A stretch of DNA of 63,363 bases, filler included, from Octopus bimaculoides (taxonomy: Eukaryota), in assembly GCF_001194135.2 (NCBI RefSeq). It is 10 parts of 9 records of this genome, joined end to end, with 100 filler letters (N's around TTAATTAATTAA, not from the genome) between each part and the next. Parts side by side here need not be neighbours in the genome. Positions count along the whole stretch, not along the records: positions 34,546 to 40,259 come from NC_069003.1; positions 40,360 to 43,183 come from NC_068999.1; positions 43,284 to 48,306 come from NC_068991.1; positions 48,407 to 52,766 come from NC_068982.1; 6 more parts are not named here. One strand, 5' to 3'. The position numbers and the translations under genes were made by a program. Of the stretch, positions 35,210 to 49,077 are shown in pieces; the first letter of the stretch is position 1, and every line of letters begins with the position of its first letter. The notes beneath the pieces are model-generated. The model saw only the letters and a list, made by a program, of their open reading frames with translations, had not been told where the DNA came from and searched no databases.

Positions 35210-35244
<35 letters not shown>

Positions 35245-36153
35245 NNNNNNNNNNNNNNNNNNNNNNNNNNNNNNNNNNNNNNNNNNNNNNNNNNNNNNNN
35301 NNNNNNNNNNNNNNNNNNNNNNNNNNNNNNNNNNNNNNNNNNNNNNNNNNNNNNNNNNNNNNNNNNNNNNNNNNNNNNNNNNNNNNNNNNNNNNNNNNNN
35401 NNNNNNNNNNNNNNNNNNNNNNNNNNNNNNNNNNNNNNNNNNNNNNNNNNNNNNNNNNNNNNNNNNNNNNNNNNNNNNNNNNNNNNNNNNNNNNNNNNNN
35501 NNNNNNNNNNNNNNNNNNNNNNNNNNNNNNNNNNNNNNNNNNNNNNNNNNNNNNNNNNNNNNNNNNNNNNNNNNNNNNNNNNNNNNNNNNNNNNNNNNNN
35601 NNNNNNNNNNNNNNNNNNNNNNNNNNNNNNNNNNNNNNNNNNNNNNNNNNNNNNNNNNNNNNNNNNNNNNNNNNNNNNNNNNNNNNNNNNNNNNNNNNNN
35701 NNNNNNNNNNNNNNNNNNNNNNNNNNNNNNNNNNNNNNNNNNNNNNNNNNNNNNNNNNNNNNNNNNNNNNNNNNNNNNNNNNNNNNNNNNNNNNNNNNNN
35801 NNNNNNNNNNNNNNNNNNNNNNNNNNNNNNNNNNNNNNNNNNNNNNNNNNNNNNNNNNNNNNNNNNNNNNNNNNNNNNNNNNNNNNNNNNNNNNNNNNNN
35901 NNNNNNNNNNNNNNNNNNNNNNNNNNNNNNNNNNNNNNNNNNNNNNNNNNNNNNNNNNNNNNNNNNNNNNNNNNNNNNNNNNNNNNNNNNNNNNNNNNNN
36001 NNNNNNNNNNNNNNNNNNNNNNNNNNNNNNNNNNNNNNNNNNNNNNNNNNNNNNNNNNNNNNNNNNNNNNNNNNNNNNNNNNNNNNNNNNNNNNNNNNNN
36101 AAGAGTATATATATATATATATATTTTTTTTTATATAGAAAGATGACCAGTAG

Positions 36154-36192
<39 letters not shown>

Positions 36193-36211
36193 TTGTATAT
36201 GTACATGTATA

Positions 36212-36424
36212 TTCTTTTGTACTCTTGGTACAAGGCTCGAAATTTTTTTTGTGGGGGTGGGGACCAGTCGATTAGATCGACCGCAGTACGCAACTGGTAT
36301 TTAATTTATCGACCGCGAAAGGATGAAAGGCAAATTCGACCTCGGCGGAATTTGAACTCAGGACGTAAAAAACAGACGAAGTATTTCGCCCAGCGTGCTA
36401 ACGTTTCTGCCAGCTCGCCGCCTT
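36212..36424 (-). mobile_element. SINE family A, near-intact
   Basis: cgattagatcgac...gaaaggatgaaaggcaaattcgacctcggcggaatttgaactcag...ctgccagctcgccgcctt. Confidence 0.85.
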
Positions 36425-36937
36425 TATGTACATATATATTGATACATACACACGCACATGCGCGTATATATACACTCATAGATACATATATACATTCTTA
36501 TACACAACATGCTGATATATCCATGTAATGAGGAAATAAGAACAGGTGTAAAGCAGGAGAAACACCACCACTACTATACCTACCACCACCAACAGCAACA
36601 ACAACAAAAGCAGTAGCACCACCACCATCACCACCACCATCACCTCCTGCATCACCTCCTGCATCACCTCGACCATTACAAGTAACAACAATAACAACAA
36701 CAACGACATCAACAACAAGTCGTCCTTATATAGCTTATAAGCTGTATATAATTATATTGCTTGTAAGCAAAATATAATTTAATAAGCACAGATTGATTCC
36801 CATCCTTTGTCTTCCAATTGAAATCGTAACCATAGGTAGGTTGAGTGCACAGCTACTGATGAACGTGTAAGGAGAAGAGACTGCATGCCTGATCTGTGTG
36901 TATGCATCCCATTGCGCGCACACACGCAGGTATATAT

Positions 36938-37063
36938 TCCTTTAGCATTTAAGCCGGCCATATTATTCTGCCTGTTTTTTTTTTTGTTCAGAGTGGCTGG
37001 TTTGGGCCTCTCACACCTAGTCAACAGTGTTGTTCTAAAAATGAACATTTACATCATCAGAAA
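36938..37063 (+). mobile_element. 5' half of a short MITE-like repeat (cctttagcattt terminus)
   Basis: Recognised from memory as an octopus TTAA-type MITE; no partner TIR is present here. Confidence 0.4.
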
Positions 37064-37300
37064 CAGTCTGGTCATATATATTCGGATACAGTCTGGCCAT
37101 ATCTATTCGGATACAGTCTGGCCATATCTATTCGGATACAGTCTGGTCATATATATACGGATACAGTCTGGCTATATATTTTTTCCAAGATGATACAGTC
37201 TGGCCACATATATTCGGATACAGTCTGGTCATATATATATGCGGATAGGGTCTGGCCATATATATATGCGGATAGAGTCTGGCCATATATATTCGGATAC
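37064..37300. repeat. ~25-bp minisatellite, ~9 copies (cagtctggccatatatattcggata)
   Basis: Directly visible tandem units. Confidence 0.9.
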
Positions 37301-37340
37301 ATATATTTTCTCCAAGTTTCGCTTCATTTCACGACTACAG

Positions 37341-37672
37341 TAGTGGTTCACAACCGGGAGTCATACGAACCCTGCAGCTTCATATAAGAATTTTGGGGGT
37401 CCACATAAGCAAAATAGTAAATTGGGAACCTACAGTAATTTACTAAGGGTCCATGAAAAAAAAAAAAACTTTGCTTTAGACATTTATAGCAAGAAACAGC
37501 AAGATTTCTTTCTCTAACATTTTACATAGCTCAACCTACACAAGTTAACGCACGAAAAACAAAACAGGAATTTTGAACGAAGTATCTACAAAACATGACA
37601 TGGCTATGGGGGTCCACAAAAGTAAGATAGTAATCAAAGGGTCCATAAGTAAAAGATGGCTGACCACCACTG
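37341..37672. mobile_element. hAT (Charlie-like) MITE
   Basis: TIRs tagtggttcacaacc / ggctgaccaccactg; 8-bp TSD-like gactacag (37333-37340) and atctacag (37673-37680). Confidence 0.75.
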
Positions 37673-37769
37673 ATCTACAGTCAATTGCTTTCATATATTG
37701 TTTGAAAGTTCTCATAATTTGCTTCTGAGTTATCAAACACACCTTGATTCTATTCTCACATCAGACAGT

Positions 37770-38160
37770 TCATGAGGTTGCTTGGTGTGTTGTCTGAAAG
37801 GAGCAATGTTTTCTTGGCAGTATAATGTCTGGTATTGCATTGCATCTTTCCACTCCAGGCCAAAAATGCTTGTAAACCACTCTTCGGAAAATGTTCTTCG
37901 TCATCCACGCGTTCTTAATTGAATCCGAAATCAGCGGTTGATTAAACTTTACATAATCCTTCAAAACCCTTGTATTTTCAGAGTCATGCGCAAATAAGGA
38001 TTTTAATTTTATGTCACCAGCGTTGTTTACTTCCAGAAGAAACGTCAGACAAATTTGTTGAAGCTTTAGATTCTGGTATTGATTCTTCTTCAGAAATGAT
38101 GTTCTAACAATCTTCAGCTCCAGAAAAGTGCAGTTTCATCAACATTGCATACTTGCGCTA
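37770..38160 (-). mobile_element. pogo/Tigger transposase DDE fragment, decayed
   Basis: Minus peptides QVCNVDETALFW and KNAWMTKNIF (NxDETgLFW and N.kAWMT motifs) with frameshifts. Confidence 0.75.
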
Positions 38161-38208
38161 TCTCCCGATATATACACACAAATACACAAACACACATACA
38201 TACATACA

Positions 38209-38240
<32 letters not shown>

Positions 38241-38388
38241 CTGACAGAGAAAATAAATAAGCAGGTAGGCATGTTGATAGATAGATACTCATTCTGACAC
38301 AAAACAATGTATCCAGGCATTCACAGTGAAACATTCCACCGTTTATTCGGTAAACACATACACAAACAACTTCCATACATGCACATAT

Positions 38389-38445
<57 letters not shown>

Positions 38446-40399
38446 TGTATATATATATTTTTGTGCGCATTGTATTTATAGTTTTTTCAAATTGTTACTG
38501 AATGCATTCATCTTAGTTAAAACCCTGAAAAGCGGAATTTTGGCTTAGCAAAAGCGTGGTTTTTAAATTATTAAAATTCATCCAAGATTAAGTAGGGCGA
38601 AATTAATGGACATAGGAATTAATGAACATTAGAGTTAATATTATCTGCCTATGATTATAATTTCGATTGTGCAGTAATTGTTTTCTGTTCAGCACCTGAT
38701 GTTAGGTGCAATGTATATGAATGATTAATCACTTTTTCTCTTTCACTTTGTCCCTTTCATTTTCTTCTGTACTTTTCTTCTGATGAAGGACTACCGTCCG
38801 AAACATCCAGGATTTTCACTTTATATTTGAAGGTCAGACCAATAAAATATCTGTTAAAACATGATCCATCTATGTTGTCTCTTTCTTTTCGTTCATTGCT
38901 CTTACACTATAATTTTTCTGTATATATATGTACACAAACACACAGACACACACATAATTTATATATACATATATGTGCATATAATATATAGGTATGAGTG
39001 TAAGTGTGTGTCTGTGTGTTGATCTCTCACTTTCTCCCCTCTCTCTTTATTTATATATATATATATATATNNNNNNNNNNNNNNNNNNNNNNNNNNNNNN
39101 NNNNNNNNNNNNNNNNNNNNNNNNNNNNNNNNNNNNNNNNNNNNNNNNNNNNNNNNNNNNNNNNNNNNNNNNNNNNNNNNNNNNNNNNNNNNNNNNNNNN
39201 NNNNNNNNNNNNNNNNNNNNNNNNNNNNNNNNNNNNNNNNNNNNNNNNNNNNNNNNNNNNNNNNNNNNNNNNNNNNNNNNNNNNNNNNNNNNNNNNNNNN
39301 NNNNNNNNNNNNNNNNNNNNNNNNNNNNNNNNNNNNNNNNNNNNNNNNNNNNNNNNNNNNNNNNNNNNNNNNNNNNNNNNNNNNNNNNNNNNNNNNNNNN
39401 NNNNNNNNNNNNNNNNNNNNNNNNNNNNNNNNNNNNNNNNNNNNNNNNNNNNNNNNNNNNNNNNNNNNNNNNNNNNNNNNNNNNNNNNNNNNNNNNNNNN
39501 NNNNNNNNNNNNNNNNNNNNNNNNNNNNNNNNNNNNNNNNNNNNNNNNNNNNNNNNNNNNNNNNNNNNNNNNNNNNNNNNNNNNNNNNNNNNNNNNNNNN
39601 NNNNNNNNNNNNNNNNNNNNNNNNNNNNNNNNNNNNNNNNNNNNNNNNNNNNNNNNNNNNNNNNNNNNNNNNNNNNNNNNNNNNNNNNNNNNNNNNNNNN
39701 NNNNNNNNNNNNNNNNNNNNNNNNNNNNNNNNNNNNNNNNNNNNNNNNNNNNNNNNNNNNNNNNNNNNNNNNNNNNNNNNNNNNNNNNNNNNNNNNNNNN
39801 NNNNNNNNNNNNNNNNNNNNNNNNNNNNNNNNNNNNNNNNNNNNNNNNNNNNNNNNNNNNNNNNNNNNNNNNNNNNNNNNNNNNNNNNNNNNNNNNNNNN
39901 NNNNNNNNNNNNNNNNNNNNNNNNNGCACCCTCCCCCCCCCCAATCATGCACCCAAACATATGTGCCTGCATACATACATAAAAATATATATATATATAA
40001 TACATACGTACATATGTATGTATATATATTCATACACATGTGTATATACACATATGTATATACACATGTATGTATAGGTCTGGCAATAGACATCCTCAGG
40101 TGGCAGGTGTGACCTGAACGTTCTTGATTTGCTTACATGGGTAGCTAAGTCAGAACAACAACAACAACAACAGCAACAACACCTCACCGCTACCCCTATC
40201 GCTACCACAACCACCACCACAACCACCACCACCACCACCACCACCACCACTACCACCACNNNNNNNNNNNNNNNNNNNNNNNNNNNNNNNNNNNNNNNNN
40301 NNNTTAATTAATTAANNNNNNNNNNNNNNNNNNNNNNNNNNNNNNNNNNNNNNNNNNNNATAGACAGACAGATAGATATATATATATATATAGACAGAC

Positions 40400-40446
<47 letters not shown>

Positions 40447-40449
40447 CAC

Positions 40450-40490
<41 letters not shown>

Positions 40491-41225
40491 CAGAGTAGCC
40501 ACATTGACTATTAGCAGGAAGATCAAGTGAGAGAGAGAGAGATAATAGGGCTGGAATGGAGGGAAGAAGAAACTGAGCTGCCAAAGAGAGTACAAGGGAG
40601 AAGTTGCTGATAAGAGTTGAAGTGTGTCATATTGAGAAGTGTTATCCAGTAATTAATATGGCGACCAATTTTATTAAACAATAGGCATGTTGTCATGAAA
40701 ATAGGTGACAAATGTTGCCTGAAATTGTCATTTTGGCACGGAATTCCACGGTTCACTTGGTAGCAAGGTAATTTTAACGAGATCACAGCCGTGGTTCAAC
40801 TTAACCGAATACTACTCCATTAAATATATTTTGTTACGTTTGGTCGAACATTGGTGGAAATAAATCTCGGTTCGTGTGAGGCAAACTGCTGATTCCAGTT
40901 TCCGATTCTTGCTTCGTTCAAGTTTCACATCTTGCTTCACTTAAAACATAGTTACTGTTGTTACTATCATTACTGGTTTTTGTTGCTGTGGTTACTTATT
41001 TATTTATTTGTTTTTGTTGTTGTTTTCGTTGTCGAAATAACATAGAGATCAATGGGGCTCATAGGTTAAACGAAGAAAAAAAAAAGATTGAGAAACACTG
41101 ATAATGTTTCTTCATACATACGTATTTTACACCAGGTGACATTGGATACAAGATAACATTTTTCAGGCATTATTTAGGGATGATTTGGGGATTCCTGCGC
41201 TAATTTCGAAGAAAAATTGAAAGCC

Positions 41226-41395
41226 GGTGGCTTGGCTAGGAGGTTAAAATCCTCCCATTTCTACCACATGTTTTCGAGTTCACTTCCACTGCCGATCACT
41301 TTGACCAACTGTATTCTTGTATAGCCACGGTCCCCCAAAATTCATATTGAATTTGGCACACGAAATCATTGTAGAAGCCATGCTTATGTATGTGT
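41226..41395 (+). mobile_element. Decayed SINE family B
   Basis: ccacatgttttcgagttcacttccactg...ctttgaccaactgtattct...tgtagaagcc resembles the 61790 copy. Confidence 0.5.
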
Positions 41396-41706
41396 ATTTA
41401 TCTTTATTCCCCCATCTCTACTTCATAAACTGTGTTCCTTGATTAAGCTCTGTGTCTTGGAGGTTAAGCAATAGATCTGATTCACTAAGTTAAAAACTAG
41501 AAAGGAAAATAAATGTGTTGTGGACAATTTTTCCGAGTAAATTCGTCAAGGCGGTAAGCGAACATCTTTGCCACTGTACAAGTAGAAAATGGAAGTTAAT
41601 CAAACGTTCGATGAGAAATCTTTATATTTTCTTTCTTTCTTTTTCTCTTGAAGAGGAAGAGAAAAACATCGTTGCTTATGAATATAGATTATTATCCATT
41701 AAAATT

Positions 41707-41841
41707 TTGAGTCCAGGTCGATTTGCCTTTCATCTTTTCGGGGTCGACAAAATAAGTACTATTTGAGCTCTGGGGGTCGATGTAATTGATTGACACCTCT
41801 ACCAGATATTCAAGCCTTGTACGTGTATCAGAAAGGATTAT
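41707..41841 (+). mobile_element. SINE family A, 3' half
   Basis: ggtcgatttgccttttcatcttttcggggtcgac...gaaaggattat. Confidence 0.75.
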
Positions 41842-42836
41842 CAATCTAGATTATAGATAGGATTCCTTCAAATAAACGGTAAAACCCCTTAGGAACATGA
41901 CGATGAAATTATCGTGGCGTCGGTAGCAGACTGGAGTAAGATCACTTCACTGATTTTCACATCATATTCACCTTTAATGCCTCTGTGAAATGGATTCCTA
42001 CGTTAGTGAGAATCTTGAAACGGAATTAAAATCAAAACTAGAAAAATGCAATAAATTTCAGAAAAATTGGAAGCGATAGTTCCAGTTTCGATTATTCATT
42101 GATGCACGTCACACAGTGTAGCTATGTTATTAATATAGTTTAGAAGCACGTAGCGAGTCAATATAATTTCCATAAATCTTGTATTCGAAATTATTAGGAA
42201 TTTTTTATTTTTTTCGTTATCTTTTTTTGTTTCATTTTTTTTTTCGGTAAAATCAATAAAAAAGCAAAATATTCAAATAAAATACTGATATTTGACAGAA
42301 ATTTTCGGGAAGGAAATAATTCATTAGATCGAATGCAATACTTGACTGGTTTATATTTTTTCGACGTCGGAAATATAAAACCAAATCGACCTCGGGAATT
42401 TTTTTTTAAATTACAATATAAAAGAACGAGCAACTAAATACATTAACGTCTTTTATTCGGTGATCTACCTTTTGCGCATCAAAATTGATTAAGAAAAAAT
42501 CAAATAGATTTAGCTTAGACGCAACACCATGAATGCATGTATGCGTGTATACATTCCGCCGGTTACATCGGCCCCAGTTTATGGGTGGTACCTAAATTAA
42601 CGTTCACAACTATAAAGATATGTGCGTGAGTATGTATGTATATATATATATATATTTATATATATAAAATATTCACAGCGAAGAACTTGAAGGGATTCAG
42701 GAATTTAAAAGCATCATTAAAAAATAATGAAGGACAGAAACATTATCTTCGTAAAATTATTACACGGAAAATTAGGGGCAGAGCCTTTCTTGGCAGAGTT
42801 TCCCGCTTAGTTGATAGTTCATCTAAGAAGACGTAC

Positions 42837-42936
42837 ATGCCCTTTTTTCCAAAAGAATATCTCACATCAGTTTCTATGAAAACCAGGGTATTATTGGCAC
42901 CTGTGACGTCGCAAATCATTTCTACAGCTGAGAGAA
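42837..42936 (-). CDS. Candidate 100-nt exon (phase 1 to 2)
   Basis: Acceptor gttcttgttttacattgctccag|, donor AT|GTACGT. Frame LSAVEMICDVTGANNTLVFIETDVRYSFGKKG; phase-compatible with the 31640 exon. Confidence 0.35.
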
Positions 42937-43113
42937 CTGGAGCAATGTAAAACAAGAACACAACACACCCCGATCCAGGAAAAGAACTCACTTCACCATA
43001 ATTGTGACCCCAATGCTCTATGCACCGATCCAAGCGTATATGTAATTAAATAGTTTAAATTTTATATATTTGTGTGATATGTATTTGTGCATCTATCTAT
43101 CTATCTATTTATC

Positions 43114-43170
<57 letters not shown>

Positions 43171-43856
43171 GTGTATATATATANNNNNNNNNNNNNNNNN
43201 NNNNNNNNNNNNNNNNNNNNNNNNNNNTTAATTAATTAANNNNNNNNNNNNNNNNNNNNNNNNNNNNNNNNNNNNNNNNNNNNTATATATATATATATAT
43301 GCATGCTGCGCGCGCGAAAACGCTCGGTACCGTTACCGGATACGAAACCCTGACCTGAAATTATTGGAGGTCTCGACCGATATTACCTGATGATTTTTAT
43401 CGATTCCGTTGTCCACAATGTGTCAGGCCTTGTGCTTAGCCATGCCTAACCATAAGCAGTCATGCCTGGCCATATCCACCCAAACAGAAAGACAATCTAT
43501 TAACATACGAATGAATGACGTGTCCAAAAATGGACGACGCAGATGGCAAAACATCACAAGAGAAGCTTCTCGGTGTCCAATTCGTTAGCTCAAGTTTCTG
43601 ATTTTTGTCAAAGAAATTCCCAACGGAGCCAAGTTGGCCTTTCATCATTGAAGAGATTCGATAAAATCAAGACAACAATTCATGCGATACACACACACAC
43701 ACAAACACACACACGCACATACACGCGCACACACACACACAAACACACACACATGCACATACGCACGCGTGCAAACACATACACACACACACATAAACAC
43801 ACACATTCGCATGTACGCACGCCCACATACTTATACACACATATGTAAATAGTATA

Positions 43857-43902
<46 letters not shown>

Positions 43903-43912
43903 NNNNNNNNNN

Positions 43913-43943
<31 letters not shown>

Positions 43944-44310
43944 CGGCAAATAAGAAAATGGAAAGGATATACGTATACACATACATGCGTATGATACTAT
44001 ATAATCTTGTATCTACACACGCACACACACATCATATATATATACATATATATGTATGTGTTTATATATATATATTCTTGTGTTAGTATATATAGATATG
44101 TATTCATATATGTATGTGTGTGTATTTATATATCTATATATCTATATACACACACACATACACATACACACACATGTGTATACCTTTATATGGATACATG
44201 ATTTTACGTACATATACATGTGTATATCTTCATATGTACACAAATATATAATACTTCGATCGATAGGGCATCATATCTCATTGGTCTTATTCCAGCATCA
44301 TGATTATCAT

Positions 44311-44855
44311 TATAATAATAATAATAATAATAATAAATGCCCGGATGCAGTACCAGGCAGTGGCTCTCATGGCTTCTGATCTTAACTGATTGGAAGTGTT
44401 ATCATGTACATTGTTTTGTCTTGGTATAAAAAGATGGGCTACAGCAAATATTCTGCTTAATACCACAGATTTGCTTGTCAGTTCTTTGACCTTAACCAGT
44501 TGAGCATATTCCTTGGTGGCTGACGATATGTGCATCTCTGATCATGAGCAGAAATGGTGGGGGAGCATCATAGCCATGTGTTGAGAGGAATTCTTTGGGG
44601 TTTGAATAATTCACCTCTGGAAACATGGGTGTTTTGCTCAACATCCTTAAACAAACCTTATTCAGGGACCTTTTGAGCGGGATGGGCTATTCGACCTGAA
44701 GAAAATTCTAACTGGGCCCCACCTGCGAGATCATGCGCTGGTTATCTTGATATGAGATCACCATGTCCTGTACATATGTTTGTAGTCATGATGGGTATAC
44801 TGGGCTTCGTATATTTTACCCCAGTGTCACTTTGATGGTATGCACTGCTCTCTCA
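44311..44855 (-). mobile_element. ~540-bp non-coding interspersed repeat ending in a (TTA)n tail
   Basis: GC-richer island abutting (TAA)n. Recognised from memory as a high-copy octopus repeat; single copy in this window. Confidence 0.45.
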
Positions 44856-45240
44856 CAACAACAGTTTCTAAAATGCATAGACTTAATGGGATAACAGTTG
44901 TTGTGCGTCATCTTCAGTTTACTGAAAGCTCGGTTACCGAACAAGGAATATGTCGGTGCGATTCCTAATCGAACTTTGCACTCCAATATTAAAAATGTCG
45001 CTGCGACTTATAGTCGGGTCAATGATAAAATTCTCGATTTGTTGGGGATGCGTTTTATAGGCGAGGGCGTTTTAATGTCGAGTATATATGGTAATATGTA
45101 CCTATCGTTTTGCAATGAATGTGTTTACTGTGTAAACTTTGTATTTAAGTGATGTGTTTTTGCTGAAGAAACAGCAATAACTCCTGAAATATGTATATAC
45201 AGCGATTACCTATTTTTCAACCTTCGATCGAATTGTTTAC

Positions 45241-45316
45241 GTGGGTATATTTGAATACAGAATGTCTTTGCTCTCTGTTATGATGCTAGATTCTTCGAAA
45301 AAAACTTCGAAGCCAT
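45241..45316 (-). CDS. Candidate 76-nt exon (phase 1 to 2)
   Basis: Strong acceptor tttgatttcttcctttcctcttcag|, weaker donor AC|GTAAAC. Frame (D)GFEVFFEESSIITESKDILYSNIP. Confidence 0.3.
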
Positions 45317-46205
45317 CTGAAGAGGAAAGGAAGAAATCAAACGACAGTTGTGAAAGGCTGGAAAAAAAAATCAACATCGTCCTCCACAAACATTGCCATC
45401 CAATCAATGCCATCGACTCTTCTATGGAAGAATTGGTCTTCAGAGTCATTAGCAGCATAACCATAAAGGTCGCGTTCAGCAATAAAGAAAACAAATTCTC
45501 GGATATGAGAGAAAGCCACCGCCAAAGACATATATGTATATGTATATATGTATGTATATATATANNNNNNNNNNNNNNNNNNNNNNNNNNNNNNNNNNNN
45601 NNNNNNNNNNNNNNNNNNNNNNNNNNNNNNNNNNNNNNNNNNNNNNNNNNNNNNNNNNNNNNNNNNNNNNNNNNNNNNNNNNNNNNNNNNNNNNNNNNNN
45701 NNNNNNNNNNNNNNNNNNNNNNNNNNNNNNNNNNNNNNNNNNNNNNNNNNNNNNNNNNNNNNNNNNNNNNNNNNNNNNNNNNNNNNNNNNNNNNNNNNNN
45801 NNNNNNNNNNNNNNNNNNNNNNNNNNNNNNNNNNNNNNNNNNNNNNNNNNNNNNNNNNNNNNNNNNNNNNNNNNNNNNNNNNNNNNNNNNNNNNNNNNNN
45901 NNNNNNNNNNNNNNNNNNNNNNNNNNNNNNNNNNNNNNNNNNNNNNNNNNNNNNNNNNNNNNNNNNNNNNNNNNNNNNNNNNNNNNNNNNNNNNNNNNNN
46001 NNNNNNNNNNNNNNNNNNNNNNNNNNNNNNNNNNNNNNNNNNNNNNNNNNNNNNNNNNNNNNNNNNNNNNNNNNNNNNNNNNNNNNNNNNNNNNNNNNNN
46101 NNNNNNNNNNNNNNNNNNNNNNNNNNNNNNNNNNNNNNNNNNNNNNNNNNNNNNNNNNNNNNNNNNNNNNNNNNNNNNNNNNNNNNNNNNNNNNNNNNNN
46201 NNNNN

Positions 46206-46241
<36 letters not shown>

Positions 46242-47598
46242 TATAAATATGTGTGTGTGTGTGTGTGTGCATGTATGTATGTATATACATAAAGTACAGA
46301 TTCCTACATGCTTATAGGCAGACAAACAGACAGATGGATAGATAAATTGATTGATTGATTGTTTGATTGATAGATTGATTAATTGATTGATTGAGGGATA
46401 AATACACCCAGACAAACATACAGGCAAACATGCACACTATATATGTATGTCTGTGTGTACTTGTGTGTGTTGGTCTGTGTGTGTGTACGCGCGCGTGTGT
46501 GTTTCTCTGTTTGTGTTTTTGTACACACTGGAAGAGAGAGAGATAGAGAGAATGAGAAAGAGAGACAGACAGACAGAGACAGAGAGGGGGAGAAAAACAG
46601 AATGACAATGATAGCGAGACAGAAAAAGTTTTACCTGATCGGAATGAAAATATGGCAAAGCAACACATAAGACAGCAGAATCATTCTAGAAAACCCTCCG
46701 TACAGCCATGATTCTTTGACAGACGGATGTAGAACGATACACATATATAATCGCTTCGTCAGAAGGATATTACTGGAGAAATCTCTACAAGAAGTACATT
46801 AGCTGATGTGTTCATGCTTGATGTAAAAATTCTTTGGGGTGGAAATTTTCTATACGACTTTGCACAACAACGTCAGAAATAAAATTTAAATCACTGAATG
46901 AACATTCAAGTATTTCAGTGCATTATCGATATATTTCATTATGTGTGCAATTATGTATGCATGTATGTATATTATACACGTTTATATATATATGTATACA
47001 TANNNNNNNNNNNNNNNNNNNNNNNNNNNNNNNNNNNNNNNNNNNNNNNNNNNNNNNNNNNNNNNNNNNNNNNNNNNNNNNNNNNNNNNNNNNNNNNNNN
47101 NNNNNNNNNNNNNNNNNNNNNNNNNNNNNNNNNNNNNNNNNNNNNNNNNNNNNNNNNNNNNNNNNNNNNNNNNNNNNNNNNNNNNNNNNNNNNNNNNNNN
47201 NNNNNNNNNNNNNNNNNNNNNNNNNNNNNNNNNNNNNNNNNNNNNNNNNNNNNNNNNNNNNNNNNNNNNNNNNNNNNNNNNNNNNNNNNNNNNNNNNNNN
47301 NNNNNNNNNNNNNNNNNNNNNNNNNNNNNNNNNNNNNNNNNNNNNNNNNNNNNNNNNNNNNNNNNNNNNNNNNNNNNNNNNNNNNNNNNNNNNNNNNNNN
47401 NNNNNNNNNNNNNNNNNNNNNNNNNNNNNNNNNNNNNNNNNNNNNNNNNNNNNNNNNNNNNNNNNNNNNNNNNNNNNNNNNNNNNNNNNNNNNNNNNNNN
47501 NNNNNNNNNNNNNNNNNNNNNNNNNNNNNNCATGTACGTATATAGATACAGAGACAGAAAGACACACATAGATAGATCGATTGATAGATAGATCGATT

Positions 47599-47669
<71 letters not shown>

Positions 47670-48274
47670 GGATAGATGTGGCTGTCTATATGTATGTATG
47701 TTAAATATGTATGTATGTTAAATATGTATGTATGCGTGTAGCAAAACGGCTTTGAAACCATATATTATGTATGCAGAGCATATGTGAATCTGTGTGAGAT
47801 TTTGTTTATGCTCATATATAAATGTGTAGGTTTGTGAGTGTGTTCACGCCTGTATATACATAAACACATACATATATGCACATATATATATATATATATA
47901 CGTACATATATTACGCTATATAGACACGAGTACATATACGTACTCACAAACGCTACACGCACAGAATTTTTGCATGAGAATGAAGGCCAATATTTTTGAA
48001 AATTACAAGCCCTTTTCGTTTCGGAATTAAAACAAAAGTGAGGCAGTTTTGAATTATACGTTTATGTTTAACGCTCATTAATTTTCACCACGTTTGAACA
48101 CCAGTTCTATATGAATAGAAATAAGACATATTCACCAAAAAAAAAAGACAAAAAAAAATATCAAAAATTATATTAGCGATATATATTTTATCTACCGACA
48201 TATCTATATCGTACAGTCAGCATCAATATGGTACGTTTGTGTGTGTGAATGTATATATATCTATATCTATATAC

Positions 48275-48306
<32 letters not shown>

Positions 48307-48406
48307 NNNNNNNNNNNNNNNNNNNNNNNNNNNNNNNNNNNNNNNNNNNNTTAATTAATTAANNNNNNNNNNNNNNNNNNNNNNNNNNNNNNNNNNNNNN
48401 NNNNNN

Positions 48407-48440
<34 letters not shown>

Positions 48441-48442
<2 letters not shown>

Positions 48443-48503
48443 CACCGTATCTAACAGAATATCAGAAAATGCTATACACTGCTGGTCACAATGTGCTTTC
48501 GAT
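48441..48503 (-). mobile_element. Isolated tail-type-2 retroelement end
   Basis: Minus strand aaagcacattgtgaccagcagtgtatagc matches 15904 and 33636. Confidence 0.6.
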
Positions 48504-48963
48504 TCTTTTCAATCTTGACCCAAATTACTTAGTGGGTAGTTATTTTGGAAGATAATTATTAGCAGTTAGGTGAAGGTTAAGTTTTATGCAATAAAGAAAT
48601 TTAAGCGAATAAACATTGCTAATTAATTAAACTAAGAGTTATTTGGAAAGATTTAGAGATTGATCAATTTAAAATTCAGGATAAGAAGTACAATGCGAAG
48701 ATTGTAAAATAGACCATACGTATATACATATACCTAATATATATCTTTGTATATGTGTAAATCTGTGTCCTTTCCTTGTGTTTATATCACGAGCTAAAAT
48801 TATTTTACATTTCCATCGATTTATTTCCCTAATGAATTTAAAAGGCAGGAAAAACCTCAAGTGACATAATAGCTTTCTTCTCAGTGTTATCGAGTTGTTT
48901 GTTTACATTTTAAGTTTCTTTGTAATTTTCTTCATTTCTGCGAAATAAAAAATAATAACTCAC

Positions 48964-49077
48964 ATTCCAACAAAGCTGGTTATCTTGCTTATTGTGGCCA
49001 TGCGATTTAACAGTGGCTGCAGTTATGGTGATCTCAATAACAGCGTCTCCACAGAATGTTTTAAAAGTAGATTTAAC
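48964..49077 (-). CDS. Candidate 114-nt exon (phase 0-0; may extend to 49100)
   Basis: Strong donor AAT|GTGAGT; open frame VKSTFKTFCGDAVIEITITAATVKSHGHNKQDNQLCWN; acceptor weak. Confidence 0.3.

Noticed and set aside
43460-43648. Minus-strand frame ending at a GTATGT donor
   Set aside because: No convincing acceptor, and its phase does not match the neighbouring candidate exon.
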